Assembly: GCA_964016885.1 (NCBI GenBank)
Contig: OZ024743.1
Span: forward strand, 49,290,001 to 49,354,000
DNA length: 64,000 nucleotides
Reading direction: 5' to 3'
From: Eledone cirrhosa
Taxonomy: Eukaryota
A model generated the notes under the pieces. That model worked only from the letters and a program-made list of their open reading frames with translations, made no database searches and was not told the DNA's origin. Positions 12,086 through 25,469 of the stretch are shown here, one piece after another; the first letter of the stretch is position 1, and the number at the start of each line of letters is the position of its first letter. The position numbers and the translations under genes were made by a program.

Positions 12086-12799
12086 ATTTCACTTACTTAA
12101 ATATTAATATCTAAACGTCAGTTCTTCAACTTTTCCATTATATATTGGATTAAATAAGAAAGTAAAATCTATTTCCTTATTCCAGTCAATTTTGATGGAA
12201 TGAACTGTTTCTATTGTAAGAACTACAAAAATTGGTGCAGAAAGAAAGAAACAAAAACTAGTTTCATTTCTCAAAATAACGACAGCTTCTCTTGTTCACA
12301 ATGAAGAAAATATTTCAGATTTGTCTCTTTCTGAAAATTCCACACAAATATTGTGATAGGGATGAAATCTTATTACTGTTTAATTAGCTGATAACAATAA
12401 TATTTTCTGTTATATATATTACTCTTGATATTTCTTCAAATTAATTTAGCATCAGTTGGAAGTTTTTTTTGTTTTCTTCAGATATCTGTAGCATTGAAAA
12501 AATATGGATTGTTGTTTAACCATTGTCATCATGTCTGTTTCCAAGCTGGCATGAATTGAATGTAATTTTCTGAGGCAGTTTTTTGTGGTCAAATATTGTA
12601 ATTGATACCAACCTATACTTTATTTTTTCAAGAATGTGCAAGATATATTGTTTACAGGGGAATATATATATGTTAGTGCTTGCTATTTAAATTGTGTTGA
12701 TATGAAGACTCTACACGGAAATAAATACATGCATGCACACACATATTATACACACACACAATATACCTACACACATAATATATAGGCACACATAATAAT

Positions 12800-12958
12800 C
12801 TTCCTTACAGTTTTCATCTACCAAGTCCTCTCTGTAGGCATATTGGTCAGTCTGACACTACAGTAGAAGAGACTCGTCTAAGGTGTCACACAAGTAGTAT
12901 GGAAACTTGAACCACATGGTTTTGAAGCAAGCTTCTTAACCACACAGCTATGCCTACA
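12800..12958 (-). mobile_element. tRNA-derived SINE, family 2
   Basis: Head GGCATAGCTGTGTGGTTAAGAAGCTTGCTT..AACCATGTGGTTC. Relatives at ~7887-8080, 9040-9160, 26510-26612, 37060-37175, 37590-37740, 43466-43610, 58740-58870, 61300-61435. Confidence 0.7.
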
Positions 12959-14329
12959 TCTTAGTCTGTTTGAAAACACAATTCATATTCAAGATATTAT
13001 CTCTATACTCAATAGGAGTAATATGTATTGATAAAGATAGCATGTAAAGATTGTATTGCGATATCAGTGATGGAATATTGCAGAATCAGTGATTGATATT
13101 CTGAATCTTATCCATTATGACTTTGATAGGTTGCTAATGATTGCTAGTTAATTAGTCTGACACTTTAACTGTAAATGATTGTTCTAGCTTTCTTTATAAA
13201 CTGTGTTACATCCTCCCTCTCCTTCCTCACATACACTGACACAATTTACTAAATCATGTTTTAAAGTTTCACTTCTCATGTTGTAATAATATGAGGAAGC
13301 ATGCATGTCACACAATTTCATGTTCTCTTTTCTAAAAGTATTTGTGAAACATCATTGTAGTAGTAATAGTGGTAGTTGTTGATAACCTTTTCATGGCTAT
13401 ATGTCTGTCATCATTTTACATCCATTTTTCCATGCTGGAAGATGGATGAATGAGTTGTTATGGCATAGGTCAGCAATTTTTTGGAGTGAGTTATTGTCCT
13501 CCTAGATGGGCCAGGGGACTACATCTCACTTATACATTCCATATTTGGTATAGTTTCTTTGGTTGGATGCTCTTCCAGGCAAAGGCGACCCAAAAGGGAT
13601 TTTAACTCAGAGTGAAAAAAATCCAATGCTGTAACAACTCTGCTTTCAATTTTCAATAAGGATTTCAAAAAAGCATTGTAAAGTCATGAACGTCACAACT
13701 CTCTGTCCCCACCCTCCATTTTCTTTAAGTCTGAGTTAATATGTGGGGAAAACTGATGACTTAATATTATTGTGTTTTAATATTGATTATATGGCAATCT
13801 GGCTAAATGATCTTCATATCTATTTTGACATTGATTACAGAGATTTGTCTTTTGGAAGATTATGTCCCTAACTGGTAAACTAACTTCTAGTAATTAGTGA
13901 CCAACTCTACCACAGTGCCAATGGGGTTAACAGCATCATTGATTTCTGATAAGCTTCTTAAAAAATTATTGTGATCACTACAAGTATTATACAGTTATTT
14001 TTATACACATGCAAACACACATAGACACACATGCATATTTGTTGCTCTCCTTCCCTCTCATTGCAGCTTACACATACATATACAAACGCATACACAATCA
14101 CCTTCACTCACACACATACACATATGTACACATTTATTCACATGCATTCATTCACACGTATTCTATTTCTCATCCTTATCGACATGTATTCCCATTCACA
14201 CATAGTTCCCTGATCCGCACTTTTAATGGTACCTATTTCGAAGACTTGGAAAAGTGTCATGGATACTGCCATCCTTTCCTTTACTAAATTGTAGGAATCA
14301 CACACAACACATCACTGTTTTTTTTTTTC

Positions 14330-14700
14330 ATCAACATTGTTTTTATGTCCATTCTTCCACACTTGCATGGATTGGACGGGTCCTTTTCAGTACAACATCT
14401 CTCTGCTTGTCACGTTTCTTCATCATCTCCTCGGTGAATCTCAACAATTTGAGGTCAGCTCTCACCACCTCAGCCCAAGTCTTTCATGGTCTACCTCTAC
14501 TGCAACTTCCTTCCACTGCCATTTCCTGGCACTTTTTCACCCATTCATCAACATCCATGCACATCACATGTCCATACCAAGTCTTCTCTCCTGCTTACCC
14601 CCTCAAATTTCTCTTGAACCCAGTTTCTCCCTCAGTTCATTCAAGCTTTACCTTTCTCTTACATTTATATTGCACATACAATGGAACATACTGTGAGATA
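14330..14700 (-). mobile_element. Degenerate RTE LINE 3' fragment
   Basis: Minus strand encodes WYGHVMCMDVDEWVKKCQEMAVEGSCSRGRP*KTWAEVV, followed by the family 3' terminus. Confidence 0.8.
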
Positions 14701-15098
14701 AACTAACCATGCACAAACATTCAGACATTCACACACAAGTACATATATTGCTGTACACTCAGATGTGTATGTACTGCTATACACACATATACTTAACATA
14801 CATAGGTTTAGTTGGCTTTTGTATGTGGTTGCTTCTCATAGAAGGTTTCTGGGCATTTTTAATGAGAACCCCATTCCTATCATGTTACCATTTTTTTCTA
14901 TGGTAGGAGGCTGGATTTGAACTCAGAATGCACAGAACTGGAAGATGTACCACATGATATCCTATTCCAAGCTCTAACAATTCTACCAATCCATTACTGC
15001 TACTTTATTAACCCTGAAAGGATGAAAGGTGAAGTTAAATTGGGTGAGATGTTTGAACTGAGGACTCAGATCTGGAAGAATTGTCACAAGATATTTAA

Positions 15099-15579
15099 TC
15101 CATTCATAACCACATTTTAAAAGAAATACATAATTCTAAGTTCCAGTTAATCTTGAAAATAATCAAGAATTTGAAGGGATTTTGTAGAATATCTAACTTT
15201 TTGTATGGATCCTTGCATCTGATGTTGTGAAGCATTCTCATATGGTCCTTGCTGGACATGTCACTTGCGATGATAAACCCACCGTAAGATTGCTCTTCTG
15301 AACTCCAGATGCAAAGAAACAAGTTGGTTGACCATATATCACCTTGAAATCATTGAGATGGAAACATACCTCAAAGGAATGGATCTGCTTGCTGCAATGG
15401 TCGACTGAGAACTCTAGAGCTGGAACTTTGTCAATGCTTCACCACGGCCTCAAGGCATTGGATGACTCAAGAAGTTAGTGTATAATTTAACAAAAGGTTT
15501 CACATAAACTTACAACGAAATATTTTAATATTGTATCCTAGAATCAAAGCCAGTTTCAGGAAGATTAGTATCAAAAGTG
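15099..15579. mobile_element. Degenerate family B piggyBac-like MITE with a nested fragment of unknown type (~15190-15470)
   Basis: TTAA|TCCATTCATAACCA ... GATTAGTATCAAAAGTG|TTAA. Ends match 28245-28447 in reverse. Confidence 0.45.
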
Positions 15580-16020
15580 TTAATTTGTCAATTCATAGCC
15601 ACAGCTTTATGTATGTCATTACATCCATACATACCTGTTAGTGAGGGTATTTAAGTGGTCCATGGTAGGTCACCATCATTATCACATATATTACATATAA
15701 TTTTTCCTTACACAACCCAACCCAATAACAAAATACTACAAGCCTAACACACCACACAAAGTTAAATAAAAGTACAATTAAAACCACAACCGAAAACACC
15801 CTTTGTACTAGAGACCTTTCAAAGGAGATCTTAGTCCACACTGTATCAAAGGCATGCTACAATATATATGATTTTCCTTACGTAACCCTACAACAAACCT
15901 AAACTAGTCAATAATGCACCAAACAAAATACATTTGCCCAGTTAAATAAAATTAGGATTTAAACAATAGAAAAATTCTACCTGTTATTGTGGATATTGAA
16001 GTAGATAATGATGAACCATG

Positions 16021-16165
16021 GGTGGTGGATTGGCAGTATCGGTAGAGGGTTGGATGTTATGCTTTGCAACATAGAGTTACGGCCCTTTACAGTTTGAGTT
16101 CAAATCCAAAGTACCAGTAATACATTGGGGTAATTGCTGGCCTTGTGCTAAAAGTAGAACAGTTA
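16021..16165 (+). mobile_element. SINE family 1, internally deleted
   Basis: Head nearly identical to 3714. The core between GTTCAAATCC and AAAGTACCAG is missing. Confidence 0.8.
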
Positions 16166-16241
16166 TTACATTAATATATATCTGTTAGTGTAGGTATTGA
16201 AGTAGACTATAGTGGACCACCATCATTATTACATCTATCTA

Positions 16242-16290
<49 letters not shown>

Positions 16291-16293
<3 letters not shown>

Positions 16294-16618
16294 AATGTGG
16301 CCGTGTAGGCAACACGGTAAAAACCTCCCAGCCCCACACTGTAAATGTGGTTGGTGTTAGGAAGGGCATCCAGCTGTAGAAAACCCGCCAGACAGTCCAC
16401 GCTGTAATGTGGCCGTGTAGGCAACACGGTAAAAACCTCTCAGCCCCACACTGTAAATGTGGTTGGTGTTAGGAAGGGCATCCAACTGTAGAAAACCCGC
16501 CAGACAGTCCTATGCGAGCAAGACAACCACTCTTGCCTCAAGTGGGAAAACCCCCGTCCAAACCCATGCAAGCGTGGAACACGGACGCTAAACCTGATGA
16601 TGATGATGATGATGATGA
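16291..16618 (+). mobile_element. Young RTE LINE 3' UTR fragment with 111-bp internal duplication
   Basis: Near-identical reverse complement of 32601-32925. (TA)n lies at the 5' junction and a (GAT)n tail then (TA)n at the 3' junction. Confidence 0.92.
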
Positions 16619-17615
16619 TATATATATATATAAAACTGAGGTTGTCTGTTTGTCTATCTATTTTTGGCACACATCTCCTCTTAGAATCTCTCACGGAATT
16701 GCACCGAAATTGCTATACTTGTACATTGAGCCCTAGCGAAGACATCGGAAAAAAAATATTTCAAATTGACCCGCCCTATCTGACGAAATCGAATATAATG
16801 TATCGATTTTTGAGCGTAAGTGATCAGTTATTTCCCTTTGTTCTGTTTACATTGAGCGTCTGCGTGCAAAAATTAAAAAAATTACGCTGGCTTTCTCAGC
16901 GTTTAAAATGACATTAACACGATACGCGAACAGTTGTCGAGCCAGCAAAATATTGACCTGCAAAATTCATCAGTTCGAACACTAAGCTTCCGTTTTGCTT
17001 CATTTCCATTTAAAAGCCTTTTAAAACAATATTTTTACTTGAAAACAAGTCTATTTAAAGACTACGTAAAACAAGCAAATATTTCGTAAAAAAAAGCAAA
17101 AATTATATAAGTTTATTTAAAATATATGTATCTGTAAATTTCGTTAGGCGTGCAGACAGACAGTCGTGCAGAGAGGTGATATAAGCGTGCAGACAGACAG
17201 TCGTGCAGAGAGGTGATATAGGTGTGCAGACAGACAGTTGTGCAGAGAGGTGATATAGGCGTGCAGACAGACAGTCGTGCAGAGAGGTGATATAGGCGTG
17301 CAGACAGACATAACTGATAATTTGGTTACGCTAATGTTTTTCTCTGCGTTGCAGTGTTTACATTTTCGATCTTTGTTAATAAATAACCAGTGCAGTTTCT
17401 ATCCCCAGCATCCTCTTTTGTTATAACATTGGGGTTATCGTTATGTTTTCTTAACTTCATAAGGCATATTGTTGGTTGAGGGAATATTAATCAAAAACAC
17501 CACATGCAAGTCTGCACAGTAGACACTACATTTTTTAAGCCAAAAAAGAAACTTAACATTGTAACTTTAACACAGCTACTGAGCGACCCCGAGCAATGCC
17601 GGGCTTTACTGCTAG
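16619..17615 (+). mobile_element. Non-autonomous Helitron-like element (~1 kb)
   Basis: 5' (TA)nAAAACTGAGG followed by GTCT-like repeats. 3' hairpin CCCG-AGCAATGC-CGGG (17588-17603) lies 8 nt before CTAG|T. CpG-rich with an internal tandem array. The canonical 5' TC is not visible. Confidence 0.75.
17148..17310. repeat. 37-bp tandem repeat (~4.4 copies) inside the Helitron
   Basis: GCGTGCAGACAGACAGTCGTGCAGAGAGGTGATATAR starts at 17148, 17185, 17222, 17259 and 17296. Confidence 0.95.
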
Positions 17616-17740
17616 TATGTTATATAATAATCCAATTGGTCAGTCTTGATTAATCTTCTCGTTAATGTTTTGCTAATTTTCTTTCTGCATCAAAGTCAAG
17701 TAAGAAACAGTTTATGGAGTTCGAAATGCTAGGGTCAGTA

Positions 17741-18790
17741 TCCTTGGATCAGTTCACTGTTACCTGTCCTTGGATTAGTCCACTCTGTTACCTGTCCTTG
17801 GATTAGTCCACTCTGTTACCTGTCCTTGGATTAGTCTACTCTGTTACCTATCCTTGGATTAGTCCACTCTGTTACCTGTCCTTGGATCAGTCCACTCTGT
17901 TACCTCTCCTTGGATTAGTCCACTCTGTTACCTGTCCTTGGATCTGTCCACTCTGTTACCTGTCCTTGGATCAGTTCACTCTGTTACTTGCCCCTGGATC
18001 AGTCAACTCTGTTACCTCTCCTTGAATCAGTCCACTCTGTTACCTGTCCTTGAATCAGTCCACTCTGTTACCTGTCCTTGAATCAGTCCACTCTGTTACC
18101 TGTCCTTGGATCAGTCCACTCTGTTACCTGTCCTTGGATCAGTCCACTCTGTTACCTCTCCTTGAATCAGTCCACTCTGTTACCTTTCCTTGAATCAGTC
18201 CACTCTGTTACCTTTCCTTGGATCAGTCCACTCTGTTACCTGTCCTTGGATCTGTCCACTCTGTTACCTGTCCTTGGATCTGTCCACTCTGTTACCTGTC
18301 CTTGGATCTGTCCACTCTGTTACCTGTCCTTGGATCTGTCCACTCTGTTACCTGTCCTTGGATCAGTCCACTTTGTTACCTGTCTTTGGATCAGTCCACT
18401 CTGTTACCTGTCCTTGAATCAGTCCACTCTGTTACCTGTCCTTGAATCAGTCCACTCTGTTACCTTTCCTTGGATCAGTCCACTCTGTTACCTTTCCTTG
18501 GATCAGTCCACTCTGTTACCTGTCCTTGGATCTGTCCACTCTGTTACCTGTCCTTGGATCTGTCCACTCTGTTACCTGTCCTTGGATCAGTCCACTTTGT
18601 TACCTGTCTTTGGATCAGTTCTCTCTGTTACCTGTCCTTGGATCTGTCCACTCTGTTACCTGTCCTTGGATCAGTCCACTTTGTTACCTGTCTTTGGATC
18701 AGTTCTCTCTGTTACCTGTCCTTGGATCAGTTCTCTCTGTTAATTATTCTTGGATCAGCCCACTCTATCACTTGTCTGTGGAACAGTTCA
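17741..18790. repeat. 28-bp minisatellite (~37 copies)
   Basis: Unit CCTTGGATCAGTCCACTCTGTTACCTGT with point variants. Confidence 0.97.
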
Positions 18791-19636
18791 CTCTAAAACC
18801 TGTTCAGTAATGGAATAGTCTGTTTTTATTTATCAAAGATCTGACTGACCACTATAACATATTTGATAATGAGCCAAGTTAGTTTCTAAGAGGCTGTTTC
18901 ATCTACTAGAAATAGCAACCAAATCTCCTTCAAATCACACCCTATCATCTTAAAGAACACATTTGTGTGGTTTTGGCTGCACTACACCAGGAAAAAGAGA
19001 CGGGTTGAATGTCTTTGATTATAGGTCTGCTTGTCAAGGGCTGACATCCATCTGCAGAAGTTTAGCCACATCAATTACATCAACTTGGGAGAATCAAGCT
19101 ATGAGCACTGATCCTTTTCCCTGCTCTAAATAACAACAATGATTTCTAACATAGGCACAAAGTCACAAATTTTAGAGGAAGAGGATATATTGTTGAATAC
19201 CTCAACCCTTCTTCAGTATTTTACTGGTTCTTCTTTTGTCAACTCCACCATGGCAGGATTTGAACTTAATGTCATGTGGCATGTCCTTTCCTTAATTTAC
19301 ATTAAGTTAAACATTCAAATGGTTCTACCAAAGTATTTAAGATAGAAATAGGAGAGTTATATTAGAATTAGAATGTCATAAAGCAGAAAATGATAGCTTA
19401 TGTTTTATATCAAAGGTTGCGTAGCTAAATTTGTCACATGGCCCTTATACAATTTAACAAAAATTGCAGAACCCATACCAATATTTTACAGACAATATCC
19501 ACCATCCTAATTTTCATAAAACATTAAATGAAACCAAAACTGTCTTAGAGAATTTATCCATAAACACACACATACGACTTTTTATTATTTTTCTGAACCC
19601 CAGAAATTTTTTGTGGAACCTAAACAATGATATTAT

Positions 19637-19812
19637 CGATTGGTAGAGGGTCGGACACCATGCTTTGATGCATAGAATTATGGCCCTTGCCATTCTGAGT
19701 TCAAATTCCGCCAAGGTGAACTTTGTCTTTCATCCTTACGGGGTCGATAAAATAAAGTACCAGTAATGCACTGGGTAATTGCTGGCCTTGTGCCAAAAGT
19801 AGAAACAATTAT
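19637..19812 (+). mobile_element. SINE family 1 (slightly 5'-truncated)
   Basis: GGTAGAGGGTCGGACACCATGC...CTGAGTTCAAATTCCGCC...CATCCTTACGGGGTCGATAAAATAAAGTACCAG. Confidence 0.85.
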
Positions 19813-20552
19813 TGATGTCCATAATTATTGTCATTACATTCCATTTCTATATATACATTGATTACGCTTAGACTTGCTGAGTAGACTGTTTTACTAAGGA
19901 GGTCTAATAAGAGTGAAACATATTCTTGGTTTTCACTAGATGGTTTTAAAGACAGGATTCACTCCACTATGCTTTGTCTATATTGTCCAAGAATTTTGAT
20001 AAACTGTTCTTTTTGGAGTTAGTTCCCCTGCTTACTGTTTTTAAATTTTATACATCCCTACATGGAGTTTTTGTCAACTAATTACTTGGATAATTTCAGT
20101 TAAAGTTTTTTAACTCACTATATTATACGAAACTCTACTGTATTTGTATTTAGAATGCAAAAGGGTTTCCCTTAGCCATATTGTTATGATGTCCGTATGT
20201 TTACCATACAGTATGTGTGAGTGATATTTATTTATTGTACCCAAGCAGTACAGCTGGTATATTAACATATTTCAACTTCAATCTTTTAAGCACATATACA
20301 TACATCTATTAAAGTTTTCATCCCCTCCCTACACTGTATGGCAAGAGGTAATAAATTTAAGTGAAATATTTCAACATGGGATAGGTAGCTAAACCAGGCT
20401 TTAACAAACACCTGCCTCTGGGCCACTTCACTTTGTTTCTTTCTTTGATTAGGATAGTATTTGAAATTTTGTGAATGATAAGCTTGATGTTTGATTATGC
20501 TACCTATATTTCTTCCTTATATATGTCTTTTTCCTTCCACCATTCAGTTCAG

Positions 20553-20613
20553 AATGGACTCTGTGGTGATGCTAAGTGAAAAGGAAAAGAAATATAGGCT
20601 TTGTAATATATTA
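20553..20613 (+). CDS. Candidate internal exon (MDSVVMLSEKEKKYRLCNIL)
   Basis: Long pyrimidine tract, tandem acceptors CATTCAG|TTCAG| (20548 or 20553) and a TA|GTAAGT donor. The 20553 start is phase 2 and joins exon 11252-11392 in frame (AG+A = Arg). Confidence 0.6.
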
Positions 20614-21527
20614 GTAAGTGAAGGATATAAAAGAGTTACTGAGAGAGAGAGAGAGAGAGAGGGGGGGAGAGAGAGGGGGAGAGAGAGAGAGAGAGGGAGA
20701 GAGAGAGATGTGTGTAAAGACGCGTGATATTGATTCCCGCCAGAATCCACACTTTGTTTTATTTTTCTGATTTATCTTTTCTCTATTCTGCCTCTCTTAT
20801 TATTTTTGTCTTTTGTATTCGTCCTCTCCTTTCCCTTCTCTATTCATCCTCTCCTCATCTCCATCTCTCTCTATCTCTCTCTCTCACTCTCCTCCTTACT
20901 CTCTACAACACTCTACTCTTCTTCAAATCTCAATCTCATTCAAACCGATACTACTGTTTTTAGACTTTAGCAAGTCTGCATTTGTTAGTCGTAATCAGTA
21001 ATTAGAAGAACTCTTCAGTGCCACGAGAGAATCTGATTGAGATATTTCTCACTAGTGAAAATAGCAGACGTTTGTTTTCCCTCCCACAGATATTATCACA
21101 TCTCAACTTTAAACTCACTTCCCTTCCAACCTGTCTTTTCTTCTTATAATTTTGCGATGTCTACTGGAAGATGCAAGAGGTAGCATATCAGGTAATAATA
21201 AGAATATTACTCTCTCGCACTTCATTCTATTGCTTTGCGTATATTTTAGTAATATTGATGTTGGATACTACAACAGTTATCTCAGCTGCTATCATCATTA
21301 TCATCCTCACTTCTCTCTCTTCCAACTGTATATTGCTGTTGTTGCTGTGGCTGTTTAGTTAGAAGAGGACAAAGTGATATAGAAAGCAACAGACTGAAGT
21401 CTTGTTTATGTACTTCATAACTTTGATGGGATCTATCAGATCTAATATATTTTACAGAATTGAAAAGTCAGCATGTTTTTGTAGTGACAAGATCTGTGGT
21501 TATACTGTATCGATGTGTATCCTGTAG

Positions 21528-23737
21528 ATGTTGTCATGTACCCTAATCTATATACTATGTTGTCATGTACCCTACAATACACTGTTGTCATGTACCCTAC
21601 AATACACTGTTGTCATGTACGCTACAATACACTGTTGACATGTACCCTACAATACGCTATGTTGACATGTACCCTACAATACACTATGTTGTCATGTACC
21701 TACAATACAATGTTGTCATGTACCCTAATCTATATACTATGTTGTCATGTACCCTACAATACACTATGTTGTCATGTACCCTACAATACACTGTTGTCAT
21801 GTACCCTACAATATACTATGTTGACATGTACCTAATCTATATACTATGTTGTCATGTACCCTACAATACACTGTTGTCATATACCCTAATCTATACACTA
21901 TGTTGTTATGTACCCTATAATACACTATGTTGTTATGTACCCTATAATACACTATGTTGACATGTACCCTACAATACACTGTTGTCATGTACCCTAATCT
22001 ATATACTATGTTGTCATGTACCCTACAATACACTATGTTGACATGCACCCTACAATACACTATGTTGTCATGTACCCTACAATACACTGTTGCCATGTAC
22101 CCTATAATACACTATGTTGTCATGTACCCTATAATACACTGTTGTCATGTACCCTATAATACACTATGGTGTCATGTACCCTATAATACACTGTTGTCAT
22201 GTACCCTATAATACACTATGTTGTCATGTACCCTATAATACACTGTTGTCATGTACCCTACAATACACTATGTTGTCATGTACCCTACAATACACTGTTG
22301 TCATATACCCTAATCTATATACTATGTTGTCATGTACCCTACAATACACTATGTTGACATGTACCCTACAATACACTGTTGTCATGTACCCTAATCTATA
22401 TACTATGTTGTCATGTACCCTATAATACACTATGTTGTCATGTACCCTACAATACACTATGTTGACATGCACCCTACAATGCACTATGTTGTCATGTACC
22501 CTACAATGCACTATGTTGTCATGTACCCTACAATACACTGTTGCCATGTACCCTATAATACACTGTTATGTACCCTATAATACACTGTTGTCATGTACCC
22601 TATAATACACTATGTTGTCATGTACCCTATAATACACTATGTTGTCATGTACCCTACAATACACTATGTTGTCATGTACCCTACAATACACTGTTGTCAT
22701 GTACCCTACAATACACTGTCATGTACCCTACAATACACTGTTGTCATGTACCCTACAATACACTGTTGTCATGTACCCTACAATACACTGTTGTCATGTA
22801 CCCTACAATACACTGTTGTCATGTACCCTACAATACACTATGTTGTCATGTACCCTACAATACACTGTTGTCATGTACCCTACAATACACTATGTTGTCA
22901 TGTACCCTATAATACACTGTTGTCATGTACCCTATAATACACTGTTGTCATGTACCCTACAATACACTATGTTGTCATGTACCCTACAATACACTATGTT
23001 GTCATGTACCCTACAATACACTATGTTGTCATGTACCCTACAATACACTATGTTGTCATGTACCCTACAATACACTATGTTGTCATGTACCCTACAATAC
23101 ACTATGTTGTCATGTACCCTACAATACACTATGTTATGTACCCTACAATACACTGTTGTCATGTACCCTACAATACACTATGTTGTCATGTACCCTATAA
23201 TACACTGGTGTCATGTACCCTACAATACACTATGTTGACATGTACCCTACAATACACTATGTTATGTACCCTACAATACACTATGTTATGTACCCTACAA
23301 TACACTATGTTGTCATGTACCCTACAATACACTATGTTGTCATGTACCCTACAATACACTATGTTGACATGTACCCTACAATACACTATGTTGTCATGTA
23401 CCCTATAATACACTGTTGTCATGTACCCTACAATACACTATGTTGTCATGCACCCTACAATACACTATGTTGTCATGCACCCTACAATACACTATGTTGT
23501 CATGCACCCTACAATACACTATGTTGTCATGTACCCTACAATACACTATGTTGTCATGTACCCTACAATACACTATGTTGTCATGTACCCTACAATACAC
23601 TATGTTGTCATGTACCCTATAATATACTATGTTGTCATGTACCCTACAATACACTATGTTGTCATGTACCCTACAATATACTATGTTGTCATGTACCCTA
23701 TAATACACTATGTTGTCATGTACCCTATAATACACTA
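21528..23737. repeat. Minisatellite with mixed 24/25/27/29-bp units (roughly 80-85 units)
   Basis: Consensus ATGTTGTCATGTACCCTACAATACACT with indel variants. It is the source of the many repetitive spurious ORFs. Confidence 0.97.
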
Positions 23738-23796
23738 CCCTACTGTATATACTATGTTGACATTTACCCTGTTGGATATGTACTGTCTTGTTTATA

Positions 23797-24746
23797 CCAT
23801 GTTGATATCTCCCCTAATATATATACTATGTTAACCTGTACCATACTGTAGTTACCATGTTGATATCTCCCCTAATATATATACTATGTTAACATGTACC
23901 CTACTGTAGGTACCATGTTGATATCTCCCCTAATATATATACTATGTTAACCTGTACCATACTGTAGTTACCATGTTGATATCTCCCCTAATATATATAC
24001 TATGTTAACATGTACCCTACTGTAGGTACCATGTTGATATCTTCCCTAATATATATACTATGTTAACCTGTACCATACTGTAGGTACCATGTTGATATCT
24101 CCCCTAATATATATACTATGTTAACCTGTACCATACTGTAGGTACCATGTTGATATCTCCCCTAATATATATACTATGTTAACATGTACTCTACTGTAGT
24201 TACCATGTTGATATCTCCCCTAATATATATACTATGTTAACCTGTACCATACTGTAGTTACCATGTTGATATCTCCCCTAATATATATACTATGTTAACC
24301 TGTACCCTACTGTAGGTACCATGTTGATATCTCCCCTAATATATATACTATGTTAACATGTACTCTACTGTAGGTACCATGTTGATATCTCCCCTAATAT
24401 ATATACTATGTTAACCTGTACCATACTGTAGGTACCATGTTGATATCTCCCCTAATATATATACTATGTTAACATGTACTCTACTGTAGTTACCATGTTG
24501 ATATCTCCCCTAATATATATACTATGTTAACCTGTACCATACTGTAGTTACCATGTTGATATCTCCCCTAATATATATACTATGTTAACCTGTACCCTAC
24601 TGTAGGTACCATGTTGATATCTCCCCTAATATATATACTATGTTAACCTGTACCATACTGTAGGTACCATGTTGATATCTCCCCTAATATATATACTATG
24701 TTAACATGTACCCTACTGTAGGTACCATGTTGATATCTCCCCTAAT
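23797..24746. repeat. 58-bp (2 x 29) minisatellite (~16 copies)
   Basis: CCATGTTGATATCTCCCCTAATATATATA + CTATGTTAACCTGTACCATACTGTAGTTA. Period 58 measured between 23971 and 24029. Confidence 0.97.
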
Positions 24747-25370
24747 GTTGATATGAATGCTACTGTACGTGTTTCTTTAGGATAATCCAATATTTCAGTG
24801 AGGAAATGTGATCCCAGGTGTCATGGGTTAAACCAGTAACCTCAGGTGCGTGTGTGTGTGTTTCCATGTGCGTTCACTCTCTCACACACACAGACACATT
24901 CATACATCACACATGTACACACTCATACAACACATATACATACAGTAGACAGATGTACACATACCTACACACGACTCCAAACATTCACACACACACATAT
25001 TGTGTTTGTGTGTGTGTGTGTGTTAATGATTGCTGTCGAGGGAGCTTGAACTAAAGAATCTGTATGTATGGGATATTATTGATCTTTCTATGTTGGTTTT
25101 GAAATCTATGACTAACTAAAAATACACAGAAGTTGTTACTGTAACTAGATGATTCATTGTATATTAAACCTGCTTCTTTCAACCCTCTCTGCTTCCTTCA
25201 AACCTCTTTATTTACAACTGGAACACCACAGGATTTTAACAAAATTCAATTTTATTGTTTCACTTATTTTTCATATTTTAACCTAGTTTTGTATATTCAT
25301 TTGGTGTGCGTGTCTGCAAGTGTGTATGTTCCTGTGTGTAAGTGTGCATATTTATATGTGTATGTATGTA

Positions 25371-25404
<34 letters not shown>

Positions 25405-25469
25405 TGGACAGTGATTTGACAGAATTGGTAGATACCCTATAGCATTTAGATTCTCTCGCTTTTTTTCTC

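Noticed and set aside
17741-18790. 28-bp repeats as a CRISPR array (also the 31-, 37- and 27-bp arrays)
   Set aside because: Units are contiguous with no unique spacers, there are no cas genes, and the context is eukaryotic.
18078-18810. 221-aa and neighbouring repetitive ORFs
   Set aside because: A 28-bp unit cycles through all three frames. This is an artefact of the array.
21515-23851. Many overlapping ORFs (MYPTIHYVV, CCHVPYNTL, MLSCTLQYT repeats) as a repetitive protein
   Set aside because: These are translations of a stop-poor minisatellite in several frames. Frequent 25- and 29-bp units break the frame, so there is no frame conservation.
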